The notes below the pieces were generated by a model. The model saw only the letters and a list, made by a program, of their open reading frames with translations, did no database searches and was not told the origin of the DNA. Below are positions 33,096 through 53,307 of a stretch of 64,000 nt of DNA, one piece after another. How positions within the stretch are numbered: the stretch's first letter is position 1; every line of letters begins with the position of its first letter. The stretch is from assembly GCA_037447605.1 (NCBI GenBank), contig CM074815.1, positions 2,294,001 through 2,358,000 of the forward strand. Reading direction: 5' to 3'. The position numbers were made by a program, and so were the translations under genes. The DNA comes from Zygnema circumcarinatum SAG 698-1b. Lineage: Eukaryota > Plantae > Zygnematophyceae.

Positions 33096-35452
33096 ATTTT
33101 TACCCTATTTGTACCCCATTTGTACCCTTTCAAAGCAGAAACGGGGAACTTCCTGCTGGACATCGCTTCCTCTGTTCCCTCTCGCGAGTTTTTTGCGCCC
33201 CCCTTTCTTTTTTTTTTTTTTTTTTTTTGGGTGCTAAAATGGGGTACCGGGACGTGGGCAGGTTCGGAAAGGTTTTGGCATCGCGGGCTGTGAGAGCAGC
33301 GCACTGCCTCACCTCCATACAGGTAATTCGGACCATAGAATCGTTCAGTTACAGTTTCAGTTGCAGTACTTGTGTCATGTTAAAATCTTTGCGCCCTAAG
33401 GTTCTTGGGTCTTAAAAACTGTAAGCTTGTAGGGGTTTCGGATATTGAACCTTTTAGGGTTATCGGACTTTTGGGCTGTAGCCATTCTGAGTTTCACATT
33501 TTTTTTTCGAGGTTTGGAGTCCTGGGAATTTAGAATTGTAGGCTCTTGGGTTTTGTGGTTTTTGTTGGGTTTTGTTTTGTTTTGTTTTGGGTTTCTTGAT
33601 GCGTCAATTTGCACTCTTAAGTGTTTTTTTTGTGTTGTGTCCTAATCGCAGTTCTCCCCCTCCTCCGCGCACATCCTTTTGGCGTACGGACGGCGCCACG
33701 GGTCACTCCTGCGGTCCCTCGTGGCGGATGGGACCACCATCATCCCCATCTACACCATCCTCGAGGTGGGGGGCAAACCCTAAACCCTAAACCCTAAACC
33801 CTAATCCTCACGCTCAAGAACCCTAAAAATGTTAGAAACCCTAAGAAATCTAAAAAAGCTACAGACCTTAAGAACTCTAAGAACCCTAAAAAATCTACGA
33901 GCCCTGAGAACTCTAAGAACCCTGAAGATGTTAGGAAGCCTAAGAACCCTACGACTTTTACAAACCCTAAGGACCCTATTAACCCGAAAAAACCTAGAAA
34001 CCCTAAGAACTCTAATAACCCTACGAACCCTAAGAACTCTACGAACCCTAAGAACTCTAAGAACTCTAAGAACCCTACGAACCCTATGAACCCTAAGGAT
34101 TGTAAGAACTCGGAAAGTACTCAGCACTAAGGGCCCTAACGACCTTCATAACCCTTAAAACATTTAATGCCCTATGAACCCTCAAAACCCTAAGAACCCT
34201 ACTATGTAAACACAAGGGACCGCCCTTGAACCCGGACGATCCTGATCGTTGGTTAACTTTCTTAACTGATCTTTTTTTATTCAATTTAGCCGGCTTCTGT
34301 GCGTGTTTTTGAGGTAAGGGGGGCAAAATTGAGTGCAGATTTACCGGGTGGCGGATATGTCCCTGGTGAGAGTGCTGCCCAGCGCGGAGGATGAGGTGAG
34401 GAGAGAGAGACTCAGGCTGAGGGTGTAGGGTGTAGGGTGTAGGGTTTAGGGTGTAGGGTGTCTGGTGTATGGGGTAGGGGGGTAGGAGGGAGTAGGGGGG
34501 GTAGGGTGAAGGGGTGTAGGGGGGGGTAGGGTGAAGGGGTGTAGGGGGGGGTAGGGTGAAGGGGGAGGGTGTAAAAGGGTAGTGGGGGTAGGGGGGGTAG
34601 GGGGGGTAGGGGGGTAGGGTGTAAGGTTAGAGTTTATGCCTTGGGGTTTAGGGCTTTGAGTTTTGTACAGAGGGTAGTGGGATGAGGGTGAGGGGCGTAG
34701 GGGTAGCTAGCGGGTGGAAGGTTCCGGGTACTCGCGGGTTTAGGGTTTCGGTCTAAGAGTTAATGTTTAGAGTTCAGAGGTTTAGGATTGAGGGTTCAGA
34801 GTTGAGTGCTTTCAGGCTTTAGGACGTTAGGGTTTTGGGTTTTGGGTGTAGGGCTTGAGGATAGGGTTAGGGAATGGGGTTTGAGTGTTTTCGGTTTCGA
34901 GGGGTTTAGTGTTTGAAGATTTGAAGGTTTTAGGGCTTTAGGTTTTTTTGTCGTATTTCAAATTTTTGCTCTCTTCTTATTTTTATTTCAGGTGAACGTG
35001 GCCTGTTTTCATCCCAAGGTTGGGGGAGGCCTAGTTTACGGAACTAAGGTACGCATAGATCCTCCGTTCAAAATCCGTCGCAAACTTTCTCCGAAATTCG
35101 ATTCCGTTCTGCCGCCACCTAAAAATCTGAAAATGTCATTTGTTTACTTTCCAGCCCACCTGCACCGAAATTGAAAACCCGTTTCTAAATTTTCCCTAAA
35201 AAACTCGTCTCAGTTCAAAAGGGAAAATGGTAATATTCATTTTTTTTCCTACTTCTCCATCTCCTTCTCCTTCTCCTTCTCCTTTATCTTTTTCTGTCTC
35301 CCCCCCACTTTTTTCTTTTTTCTTTTTTTTTTCCTGTTTTCCTTTACGGGCAGGAGGGAAAATTGAGAATTCTCCGACACGACCGGTCGGTCGAAGAGCC
35401 GACCGCGGGACGAGGCTTGGAGGACGAGCTGCTCGATGTACGGAATTCCTGA
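25915..35452 (+). CDS. Plant AMBRA1-like WD40/transducin protein; exons 25915..26120, 27781..27897, 28339..28455, 28854..28938, 29345..29453, 29854..29921, 30103..30228, 30414..32518, [missing exon], 33262..33322, 33652..33765, 34339..34395, 34992..35048, 35354..35452 (alternative end 35354..35437 plus 35616..35648)
   Basis: PRSTIAAAFS.DG..LASTHGDHTVKII, GHRRTPWVVRYHP, LASGSLDHEVRLWD, AVASGHKLYIW, TRRSLRAVHFHP, CTVKLRIW, IPHAVLC, RAAHCLTSIQFSP, LPSAEDEVNVACFHP, GLVYGTKEGKLRIL. Confidence 0.9.
29105..29340. repeat. 27-bp minisatellite (atgatggatggatgcatgaatgggtgc), roughly 7-8 copies, running up to the acceptor of WD40 exon 5
   Basis: 9-residue periodicity in the translated frames. Confidence 0.9.
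33776..34200. repeat. CCCTAAA repeats followed by degenerate 9-bp (aagaaccct/aagaactct) repeats in a WD40 intron
   Basis: Visible periodicity; gives the spurious LRT/RVL ORFs. Confidence 0.85.
34420..34940. repeat. G-rich telomere-like (TAGGG/TTTAGGG) degenerate tract in a WD40 intron
   Basis: gtgtaggg, gggggtag and tttaggg units. Confidence 0.8.
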
Positions 35453-38359
35453 ACCCTAGTTTGCAATTTTTTTTTAATTGGCTCTAAAACCCTAAAAGCT
35501 GCTGGCTAAACATCCGGCTGAACCCTAATTCCACCTTTTCCTTTTATATATCTCTATTTTGTTGTTTCTGATTTTTTTTGGGTGGGGCCTATTTCGTTTT
35601 GTCGTATATGTGCAGGCGGAGATCCCTGAAACCGCGAGGTGGTGGTGATCCATTTCAGTTTCATTTTCAGTTTAACGGAACGGTGAAGGGAACATTAGCA
35701 CGGACCGTTGAACTATCTACACGTGTATATGTTGAGAGGGGGGGCCTTCAGCCGCGCTTTAATTTCATTCATTTCAAAAAAAAAAAAAAATCAAAATCAT
35801 GATGCAATTTTCCTTTGTAGGGAGGAGGAAGGGAACGTTTTCATGTATTCTGTAGAACAGTACTGCACCCATTCTTTTCAGTTACGATTCAGTTTCAGTT
35901 TTCAGTTTACGAACTTTTTGACTTGAGGGGCGCATACAAGTGCACCCCATCAACAAAGTCAACGTAGTCAAACCAAGTCAATCAAGTCAAGTATTATAGT
36001 CAACTCGGTAGATTTATGACGAGTACTATTTTTTTGGGAGAGGGTAAAACTCTAAAGAGTAGAATGCAGCACGAGACAGATAAAAGGTAAATCATTTTTT
36101 GTTTCCTGGTTACGGGCAGTTGTACTCTAAGCAGAATTTTTTTCCGAGGCGCTCCAGAGACTGCCTGACTTTGGAGACTGCTTTTGGTGCTGTCCCTGGA
36201 TGGCTGGAAATGTTTCTGACCAAAAAAAAAAAAATTCAATTTGGCATTGAAATCATTCTATCCTGTAAGGGTTAACCTTCGTTCCACGAAGCCATGTTTT
36301 GGGATAAGTTTAAAATATGGGAAAGTTCATAGGTAAAGAAATTGGAAGTACAATCGAAAGTTCCCTCCAGGCGAACCTTTGTGACAGTTCCAGTCTTAGT
36401 TTTATTTTTAATGTAGTTATCGTTTCAGTTTCAGTTTTATTCCTTGTACGTTTTCATTTGATAGTTGGACATCCTTTCCGTCCTTTGGAACAACAAATTC
36501 GTGAGAGCTCCAGGGTCCGTGCCTAAACTTGGAGTGACCAATGATAGACTGCCACGTGTGATCCTTGACAAGCCATGAGTCGCCATATAGCTGTGGAATG
36601 CATGAGAACCAGACTCTAGGCGAGATTCTTGTTGTGGAAACATGCATGGTCCATGGTTCAGTCATTGTCTTGTTCCACTATGTGACGACTAATGCTGCTC
36701 TCGACTCACACACGACATGGGTCATGCATGACATGACATGCCATGCCATGTCATGCCATGTGGATGGCCAACCTGCCATCCCTAGAGCCCAAGAACAGGG
36801 GCGGGAACAGGACAGGGCACCAAATCAGATGAAAGAAAACCTCCATTGAAGAAGAAGTTGCAAGCATTGATCTTACCATGGCGATGTCATGAATGGTACA
36901 TCGACAACATGGAGAACCACGAGGAGCCGGTCACAACGGACCTAAGGACAAACGAAAGGGGCCATTTAGGTTCCGATAGAGAGAAAGGACTGGTATTGTT
37001 TCTCACGCATGGTGATGGCATGAAATGTGCATGTTCAACAACAACATGGGGAGCCAACACAAGGGCGAAGACCGACGCCGCCTCTCCATTGCGTCCGGTA
37101 CCGACAGTGGCGTCCGACGTGGTCCTACGTGGCAGCCACTTCACTAGCTGAGTCCGATGAAATGTGCGGGCGGGAATGTAAAACGCGCCACGTGGGTAAA
37201 AACTCGCGCTGAATAATCAGCGCTCGCCACGTGGACGCCACGTGGTCACGGCCAATCCGTTGCGAGCTGCGACCTCGAGGGGCGGTCACGGCGGGTCGAC
37301 GCTTGCCTGCCACGTGGCGTTTAGTCTGGACATCTTTCCAAAGTCGCATGCTTGATTGAGAGAGAGCCTCGTGTGTGAGTAACATGTTGACGATGATGAT
37401 GATGATCATCAGGATGATGGTGAGGATGATGATGGTGCATTGGGACATCCACTTTCACCATGAAACTTTACACCCTATTCAGATGCGGGCATGTCCATGT
37501 GTCCATGTGCTTTCTCATGTTGTAGATGTTGTCGAGCATAACCCCTGCCATGACGTACTAGATTCATTTGTGCGCATAGCGACCCATAAAATGGGGATGT
37601 TAAGTAATAAAAGCCAGAACTAGCGACTTTTGAACGTGCGCGTACCTCTCCCCGCCGCCACATCGGCACAGTGCACGAACTGGTTCGTGTGAATGCGCAA
37701 ATCCGTACAGTGGCTCCAGAGAGCACTCACAACCGTTCGATCAAAATCATCGGCGGCCACGATGCGCTCCGCGCAATTTGGAACACGCTTCACGATCGGG
37801 ATTGCTCCTGGTAGGTCCACATACGCTCCCAGCGCGCCACGTGTCCACCAATGCGTCGAATACCATGCGACGTTCGTACGACGTCACTGCGCCTTTCTGC
37901 GACGTTCGTGCGATCACCGTCAAAATGACTCAAATCGGGAAACGGAGCGGGACGAACATGTAAGCGGCGACGGGGAGTTTTAAGAAACAAAAACGGCGTG
38001 TTCACACATTCAAAAACCAAAATCCCCCAAAAACGCACACACGATTTTTGACCGGACGCCCCCAAACCAACATGTACGGACAGTCTTCACCAGCCAAACA
38101 AAAACCACCGCAAAAGATTTCCACCAATCAGCGTCTCGCAGCCTCCCCAAATAATTCCAAAATTACCGTACGCCAAATCGAAAGCGACTACACGACCGAG
38201 CAGTGATCAGCCCGCGTCGTTTGCGGTCCGTCCACACGCCTCGCTCGCGACCATTCATAGGGGAGCCGCTCGCAGCTAGCGTTTTCCACTCACTCGCTCG
38301 CCGCTCGCTCCCCCTCCCACTCCCTCCCATTCCCCCCTGCCTTCTCCCTCGCTCTCCCT

Positions 38360-38710
38360 ACCTCCCCCTCTCCCTCTCCCTCTCCCTCTCCCTCTCCTCT
38401 CCCTCTCCTCTCCCTCTCCCTCTCCCTCTCCCTCTCCCTCTCCCTCTCCCTCTCCCTCTCTCCCTCTCCCTCTCCCTCTCCCTCTCCTCTCTCCTCTCCC
38501 TCTCCCTCTCCCTCTCCTCTCCCTCTCCCTCTCCCTCTCCCTCTCCCTCTCCCTCTCCCTCTCCCTCTCCCTCTCCCTCTCCCTCTCCCTCTCCCTCTCC
38601 CTCTCCTCTCCTCTCCTCTCCCTCTCCCTCTCCCTCTCCCTCTCCCTCTCCCTCTCCCTCTCCCTCTCCCTCTCCCTCTCCCTCTCCCTCTCCTTCTCTC
38701 CCTCTACCTC
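38360..38710. repeat. (CTCTCC)n hexamer tract upstream of carboxylesterase copy 1
   Basis: Near-perfect CCCTCT repeats. Confidence 0.9.
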
Positions 38711-38859
38711 TCTCCCTCTCAATCCCTCTCCTTCTCCCGTTATCCCTCACGAGCTCTCCCTCTCCCTCTTCCTCCCCCTCTTTCTCCACGCCTCCTTTTG
38801 TCGCTCCCCCTCTGTCCTGCGTCGCCATTCCTTTCAACCCTTTTTCGCCCAGGTGAGCC

Positions 38860-42361
<3,502 letters not shown>

Positions 42362-43886
42362 TTTGACTTGACTTCGCTTGACTTGGTTTGAACTGACTTG
42401 ACCTTAATTCATATCCTAAGAATCTCCGCTCTGCTCTAAGTTGTTGTTGTAGAGCCCATATGTAGACATGGGCTGCATGGAGTGGTCCATGAGCGCACGC
42501 ATAATCACTTGGAGCCGGCCAGGGGCGGATTCAGGGAGCTGGGCAGTGAGTTTCGGAATTGGATATTCGAGGAGGTATTGTGCTGTCAGTCTGCTTTTCA
42601 AAATCTGAGGGAGAGCTATGCCCTCTCTCAAATATTTTTCTTGGATCCGCCACATGGCGGCCGCATCCTTCTCTAGACGGCGATGTAGTGAACGGACTCG
42701 AGCGAGATCAGGAATTCCTCCCACATTCTTGTCGATTTTTTTCCATTTAGTACAATATGGTAGGTTTTAGAGCTGGAAATTCAGTTGTACATAGCCAAAT
42801 TTCGTGGGGGTTCCTTCCGATGAAAAGTAGGTAGTTGAAGCCTTTTTGTATTGTTGGGAGAGTGAGCGCCTCCGGGTTGCTCCCGAGAGCTTTGAAATGG
42901 CGAGTTCACTTCTTGAGAAATGCGACTTTCAAAAGTGTTACGTGTGAAGTATCTCAGAATTCGTTTTACTATTTTTTCCATGGAAACACCTTTCGTGATT
43001 TTCTCTTTTTTTCAGTGTGTGTACTATGCGTGATATTCCAGGAGGCATATTCGTATGTATGCCTCCCCCCCTCCTCCCCCTATCCCTTGTAAACGGTCTG
43101 AATTAATGAAGGTTTATTCTGCAAAGCTTTCTCCAAAGATTTTTCCGTGTGAGTGTCTCTTGCACGATTTCTTCCTCTACATCTTGTCGCTGAAATGTCA
43201 GCTACAGATGAGAGGGCTGTAGCAGGTGTGCCTGCCGCCGCGGCAGAAGGTGAGGAAAGATCTGCAATAATTATCTTCTCGCCGCACCGCTACCACCTGC
43301 TCGCGCGTCTTTGCACAGCCTGCAGCTCCGCCTCCTGCGCTCCGTTGGCCGCGCCCGTCCTGCTCGTCGCCATGGCCGCCGCTTCGTAGCAATCGTCGCT
43401 CGCGTCTCCCATGGCCGCCGCCGGGTCCGCTCTGACATGCGTTTCCCGCACTGCTGCTGCCGCCCAGAGTGGTTTCGCTTCTTGGCAATAAATTTCTTTT
43501 TGAGATTAAGTTTTTTTTTTTTGTCGGGGGGAGCGAGGGAGAGTTCCGAATGAGGTTCAGAGAGCGGGAGAGGAAGAGTGACTGATCAGTCCTGCAGGCG
43601 TGCCGGCCATGGACTGTCTGCTGCTTCTGGTCCGTCAGCGGCCTCTGCGAACACAAGCAACAGCAGCATGCAGCGCGGCCATGGCGGCCGGGTGCAGGCA
43701 GGCAGCGAGCGTGCAGTGGCGGGCCCAGAAAGCGACACGTGACAAGTGGTGCCAGGAGGCCCAGGACGGCCGTACCCGCTGTAGCGCCCAGAATCCTCCC
43801 CCGCTACAGCCCCAGCCCGGCGAGCGGCGCCTCTGGCATGTCGGTGCCCACCGATCCGTACTATGCACCTTGAAATCGATACAGTA

Positions 43887-44419
43887 CAGTAGGGGGTCCT
43901 CATATTTACCGCCCTAAAGGAGTGCGTCCTCAAGAAATTCGCCCCGATTTTGCCGAAACCACCTTTTTGTACGGTAACTTCAAATTACCGTACTATTCGT
44001 ACTGTTCGTACTGTTCGTACTAGCCGCACTACTGTAGCTGTACTAGCCGTTACGGGCTTACGCAAAATTCACCTAATCTCCCCGCACGTGCCGCCGTGAG
44101 AGAGAGAGAGGCGCTCGCTCTCCTCCCCTTCTTCTTGGCTTCGATACGATACGGTACGATACGGTACGGTACGATACGAAACTCTCCAATACTGTCCGGT
44201 ACTATCCGTACTAGCCGTACGAGTTCTAGTAGCCGATACAACACGATACGGTACGATATGGTACGGTACGATATGGTACGGTACGATACGTACGGTCCAG
44301 CATGAACTCTAACATAATACCGCCCGTCTATTGGTAACACGAACCTTATATATGCAAAATCAATATTTTCGCCTCATATTGGCCAAAACCAGGGTGGAAA
44401 ATATGAGGACCCCCTACTG
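43887..44419. mobile_element. Tc1/mariner-type MITE, about 530 bp
   Basis: Inverted termini CAGTAGGGGGTCCTCATATTT / AAATATGAGGACCCCCTACTG, each flanked by TA; internal gatac/gtac pentamer array. Confidence 0.8.
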
Positions 44420-44754
44420 TACTGTACAGTGTTATAATACCGTATTTGGGCTGCGTTGGTGCGCCTAGGCGTAGCTTTCCGCTCTTAGCTTCGTTCTTTT
44501 GTGCTTACTTTGCGACCAGTCCCTCGTGGTTCCACATCATGCTTTTGTCCATGTACATTTGATGGCCTCGCCATCGTGAGTTCAATGAAATTTTCTTCCT
44601 ATTGTATATAATACTCAGGTGCTAGTGTTGAGATCCGTACAATCGTTTACAGTCGTACGAAAATTTTGTACGGAATCATTGTACGGGACTATACGGACCG
44701 AGTCACACGTGGTGAGTGTTTAGCAAGTGACATGAATCCTTAGACCTTTTGCCC

Positions 44755-46329
44755 TGTTGGTGCAAGGGGCTCAGAGGGCAGACTTCAAGGAAGGGATAAA
44801 TACATGCCCGGATGAAGCTCAAAACTTTCTTCATCTTCCACTTGGACCACATACCGCTTCCTCCACAAACTGCCTTCCATCCACCCCTTGCCAGGTGCGC
44901 ACAGCGGAAAACTAAAAGCGACACCTACAAGAACACTTCAACTCCTCCATGGTCTCGGCTCCTCAAGTCCACGCTCCTCCAATGATCTCCTCGTGTGGAG
45001 CAACACACCGCCCATACAATGGCTGCCTCCACTCATCCACCACGTCAATCCAACACGAGGACTCACATGACAAATGATGCAGTAATAAGGAGAAAGCCCA
45101 CGGCCATAAAACTCCTTAAACTTCAAGAGTGTAATACAAGCTCTTTGAGGAAATCTACATAATCCCTTATGCTAGATTCTCCTCCTCACATGAGCGCTAT
45201 CCTATTCTCTGATAGCCTACACCCCGACTGCAGTAGCCAAGCACTTACTGCCTCCATGAACTCCTCCTCTACCTCAACACATGAGGGACACATCATCTAA
45301 CTTCTTCACTAAAGCTTAGCATGATGAGAGCTAGTTCTCACGACCTTCATACACAAGGCCGGACTCCTCTACGCCTCAACCTCTGCTTGCTCTTCCTAAA
45401 CAACCAACGACAGAGCAGCATTACATTCAGAGAGAGTTGAGCTTGAGTTAGTGAGTTGAGTAGTGAGAGAGCCAAGCTTGCTCTCTCTTAAGCAACCATG
45501 GCGATGTGACGTGACACAATTGTCACGTCACGGCCGGCCCTTGCATTCCGCTGAGTGGGCGCACTCAGAATTAGCGACCAGCTAGTGCGCCTCGTAAACC
45601 TACGATGGCACCGACCTAGTTCTTGTCCATCCGTACAGTTCCGCCGCTTCGCCAGCCCTCCTTAGCGTTCTTCGCCCGCCGACCATTCTGCCGTACAATC
45701 GAGCCAGCAAACCCACTCCGCGAGTGGTCCACATGGCGCGTCTCGATTCGCCGCCGACATTCCCTTGTCGTTTCCGCGCCGCAACTTCTCCCTCCGCGTT
45801 TCGCGCTCGCGCCGCGACCAATTAGATTCGCTCGTCAGTACTCCGCGCACTCGCGGCGCACTCAGCCGCTTTGCGCTCCGTACTCCGCACTCGCGCTGCG
45901 ACCAATCAGCGCACTCCAAATATCTCACAAGTTCTCCACCGACATTGCCGAACCCTGCGTCACGTCACGCTCAGAGATGCGCCGCGTTTTGCGTGCTGTC
46001 GCGACCAATCATGTCGCTTCACGCAAATCCGCCTCCCGCGCTTCCAAATCTCCGCGTCCGCAAACTTCCGCGTCGTCCGTACAATTCGCGCGCCGTCCGT
46101 ACGGCCGCGCTCCAATCCGTCCAAGCGCACTCCGCGCACCCCCTTTGGTTCGATCTAAGTCAAAGCCGCAAACCTACGACCCTAGACTATTCCTAGACCT
46201 GCCGTACCGCGCCCTAATGATACGGGCACCCCCCATGTTCGGTGACATGACCGTTCATGCATGACATTGTCCCTATACCAGCACATTGATCTCCCGGACA
46301 ACATTCATGCTAGGAACTAAGTACCAACA
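44755..46329 (-). mobile_element. Probable solo LTR (family B), about 1575 bp
   Basis: Termini TGTTGGT...ACCAACA; 44755..~45372 homologous to 62889..63522; minus-strand start resembles the copia LTR start; no PBS, PPT or matching TSD seen. Confidence 0.65.
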
Positions 46330-47139
46330 CCTTGATGTACCTCATACATCAACATGCCCTTTTACCACTTCTACTTCTTGCTGGAGGAGGTGATTATTAT
46401 CAACAGTAGAAGAAGAGGAAAGGTGTGGCTTTTTTTGTTGTGTGCATAACGAGTTTTCATCATCATTTTGTTGTTGCTCTTCTTCTCTCATCCTTCTCAG
46501 TATGCCTTCACACTGTAGGTAGCAGCACTACCACATGTCCCATCATCACCGCCCCCCTTGAAACTGCTCTTGTGGACATCGGCGTAGTTTTCCGCTCTTA
46601 GCTCCTTTCTTTTGAGCTTAGGTCCCTTGCGAACAGTCCTTCGTGGTTCCACGTCATGCTTTTGTTCATGTACATTTGATGGCCTCGCCATCGTGAGTTC
46701 ATCGCCAAGGTGTCCTAGAGCTGCCTTACAGCTTGAGGCTTCAATTATTTTAATCAATCTCTCTCTAATTAGCAAGAAAACGAAGAAAAGAGGTTAAATA
46801 CATATAAAGTGCACTTTATTTTAAAATGTGGTATAATACGCACGTAATCTACATTTGATGGCCTCGCCATCGCGAGTTCAATGAAATTTTCCTCTCCACG
46901 TATAATACGGTGTATTGTACACGCTTTTGATACATACGGATCAAATGGCAGGCACGGTGGCAGGCGGCTGTAGTGAAGTCTTGCACGGGCGGCCCTACCG
47001 GCTGTAGCGCACAGCGTCCCCCCGGGAACGATACCCGTCAAAATGACTAAAAACAGGAAACGGAGTTGACCGTACACGTAAATGCGACATGATCTCGAAA
47101 CGAAAGCGAAATGCGCCACAGTTCGGACCAATGGATCGG

Positions 47140-47410
47140 CAACCATTGGACAACCATTGGATGGCAATGGTTGGACGTCTACTGGTTACTGGTTGCCAAC
47201 CAGTGGCATCCACTGGTTCCAAACCAGTCGAATGGTTGTTTTGGTCCGCAACCACTGGGGGGGGGTGCCAGGGGGCAGGGTGTTACAACTGGTTGGCAAC
47301 TAGTCGAATGGTTGTTTCAATCCGGCGGCACTGGTTGACAACCAGTCGAATGGTTATATCCATTAAATCAAATGGTTGGCAACCATTAAATCACTAGTTG
47401 TCAACGGTTG
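47140..47410. repeat. Tandem degenerate caaccagtcgaatggttg repeats; second cluster at 48100..48235
   Basis: Multiple copies of ccactggtt..aaccagtcgaatggttgtt in both clusters. Confidence 0.75.
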
Positions 47411-49806
47411 GCAACCCACCAAAACACACATTTGACCCATTTTTTAGCCCCTACATCTCCCTACACGTTTGACTTACAGTAAACTATTAGTTTCCTCTTT
47501 TTGAAGTACTCACGGAACCCTAAGCCTAGCCTGAACCCTAAGCCTAGCCTGAACCCTACATCTGGACTCCTGCTCCTCCTCGCGATTCTGACTGCTCTCA
47601 CAAAGCGCGCACTCATGCGCTCTACGGCGACAGAACAAAACGAAACAAAATAAATTCAGCAAAGCATGTCCATCCACCCAAGAGAAGAAAATGAGCACAG
47701 AAAACACACACATCGCAGTATTCGCATTTTCAGATGATCACATACAGTTGAAAAAAATTCATATCAGAAATTTCAGAGCGTGCAGTTTGCTGAAAATAAA
47801 AAGACTGCCAAAAGCAGTGGAAGTTTCAAAAAGAAAATAACGAAGCACTTCAAAATTACGAAGGAACGAATTTACGAATTACATATGAAATGAAGTTACA
47901 GCTTCAAGACTGAGCCTTCAACTCCAGCCCTTAGACTCTACCACACTTTTAAACTCCTAAATGAATACCCCCAACCTTCCTTACCCACCCTCCCTCTCTC
48001 TCTCTCTATCCTCTTTTTCTCACTCCATCCCTCTCTCTCTCATTCCCTCCCTCCTTCCCTGGGTTCAGTGTAGGAAAAAGAGCATAATTTCAGAAATTCA
48101 ATGGTTGCCAACCATTGGATCACTGGTTCCGAACCAGTCGAATGGTTGTTTCAGTCCTGCGCCACTGGTTCCAAACCAGTCGAATGGTTGTTTCCGTCCG
48201 GAGCCACTGGTTGCCAACCAGTCGACTGGTTTGTCTAATGGTCCGATCTGTGAGCATTTACCATTTAGCACTTGTGAACAGTGTGAGCATTTATGCTCAC
48301 ACTGTTTGAATGAAAAACGAAATCAGCTCGAAGCGCAGCAGTGTGAACACAACTTTTGCCCGGACGGTCTTGAAGGACATTTCAAAGTGTCCAATCAGAT
48401 GCCGCCGAAACTGCTATAAACGACAAAACAGAGACCAGAAAACGACAAATGTATGGATCTAAGGATTATATATAAGACAAGATTTTATTAGACCGAGGCG
48501 AAACTTCCAACCAATCAGCGGCCGCCAAATTCTTGGACGCCTGCTGTCGGCCTGTCGGCACTTTGGGGACAGGCTGGCAAAGGTTGTCGTCTATCACGAT
48601 GGCGATAATATCGCCACATCGCCAACGTACATCGCCAACATCGTCCATTCGCTCAAGGACCGAATCTGCAATTGCCGGTTGCCGGCACTGCAACACCGTC
48701 GTCGGGTGCCAAAAATAATAAAGGAGCCAGAGACCACGCCGACAAGTTTCTAGCCATCCCTGCCGATACGCCGGCGTTATTGAGATATTTGGTACATACT
48801 GAATATAGATCCGTATGTATCAAACGCGTGTATTAATACACTGTATAATACATGCGTATTATACAACATTTTAAAAATACAGTGTATTTTTAATGTATTT
48901 AACGTATTTTTTTTATTTTCGTGGTTAGTTGAACAAAATTTGATTATAATATTGAAATTCCAGAACTTGCCAAGTCACGTCACTTGCCAAACACTCAACA
49001 CGTGTGACTTGGTCCGTACACGTTCGTACACTCATTCCGTACATAATTTCCGTACGGGTCTATGTTCCGATTGTACGGCTGTTAACAGTTGCGTTAAGGT
49101 ATTATACAGTGTATAATACAGTATTAATACTGTATTATACATTGTATCGAACCTCAAAGTGTATAATACGGATCTATAATACTGAAACAACAAGAAATCT
49201 TCCACGTGCGCGGCGGAATCGTCGCGAGGTGGTCGGTGGCTCCTGAAAATTTCCTGACGCTCGCCCCCGGCGCCCCCTCCCCAGTACCGACAAAATTCAC
49301 TAAAACGACAAAACAACCAAGGGGCATCTAACAGAAACGCCAAAAACCGTATGTGCAAGCAATCTTCAACAACCAATCAAATGTGACCGCCAAATAAATC
49401 CACTAATCAGCATCTCACAGCCGTCCGCACTTAATGACAGAGTTGCCGTACGCCGAATCAAATAATGAACAGTGATCAGCCCGCGTCCTTTGCGGTATGA
49501 CCGTACGCTCTCGACAATTATAGAGGGACACGTAAGCCGCTTATAGCTACCGTCAGTCACCTGCTCGCCGCTCGCTCCCCTCCCCCACTCCCACCCTTCC
49601 CTCCCCTGCCTGATCCCTTCCTCTCCCTCCCTCTCCCTCTCCTTCTCTTCCTCCCTCCCCATCTCTCTCTCGTCCTCTCCCTCTAACGTTCTCTCTCCCT
49701 CACGAGCTCTCCCTGTCCCTATTCCTCTTTCTGCACACCTCCTATTGCCGCTCTCCCTCTGACCTGTATTGCCATTGCTTTCATCCCTTTCCCGCTCAGG
49801 CGAGCC

Positions 49807-53307
<3,501 letters not shown>

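Noticed and set aside
33801-34127. LRT/RVL repeat ORFs
   Set aside because: Product of a degenerate 9-bp intronic repeat
43150-43760. GC-rich ORF-like fragments downstream of esterase copy 1
   Set aside because: Short, unrecognised, and partly deleted in the paralogous region at 54650..55030
47510-47713. Small minus-strand exon-like ORF with 18-bp repeats
   Set aside because: No recognisable domain or partner exons
47140-48235. CRISPR-like repeat-spacer appearance
   Set aside because: Eukaryotic context, degenerate repeats, no regular unique spacers or cas genes
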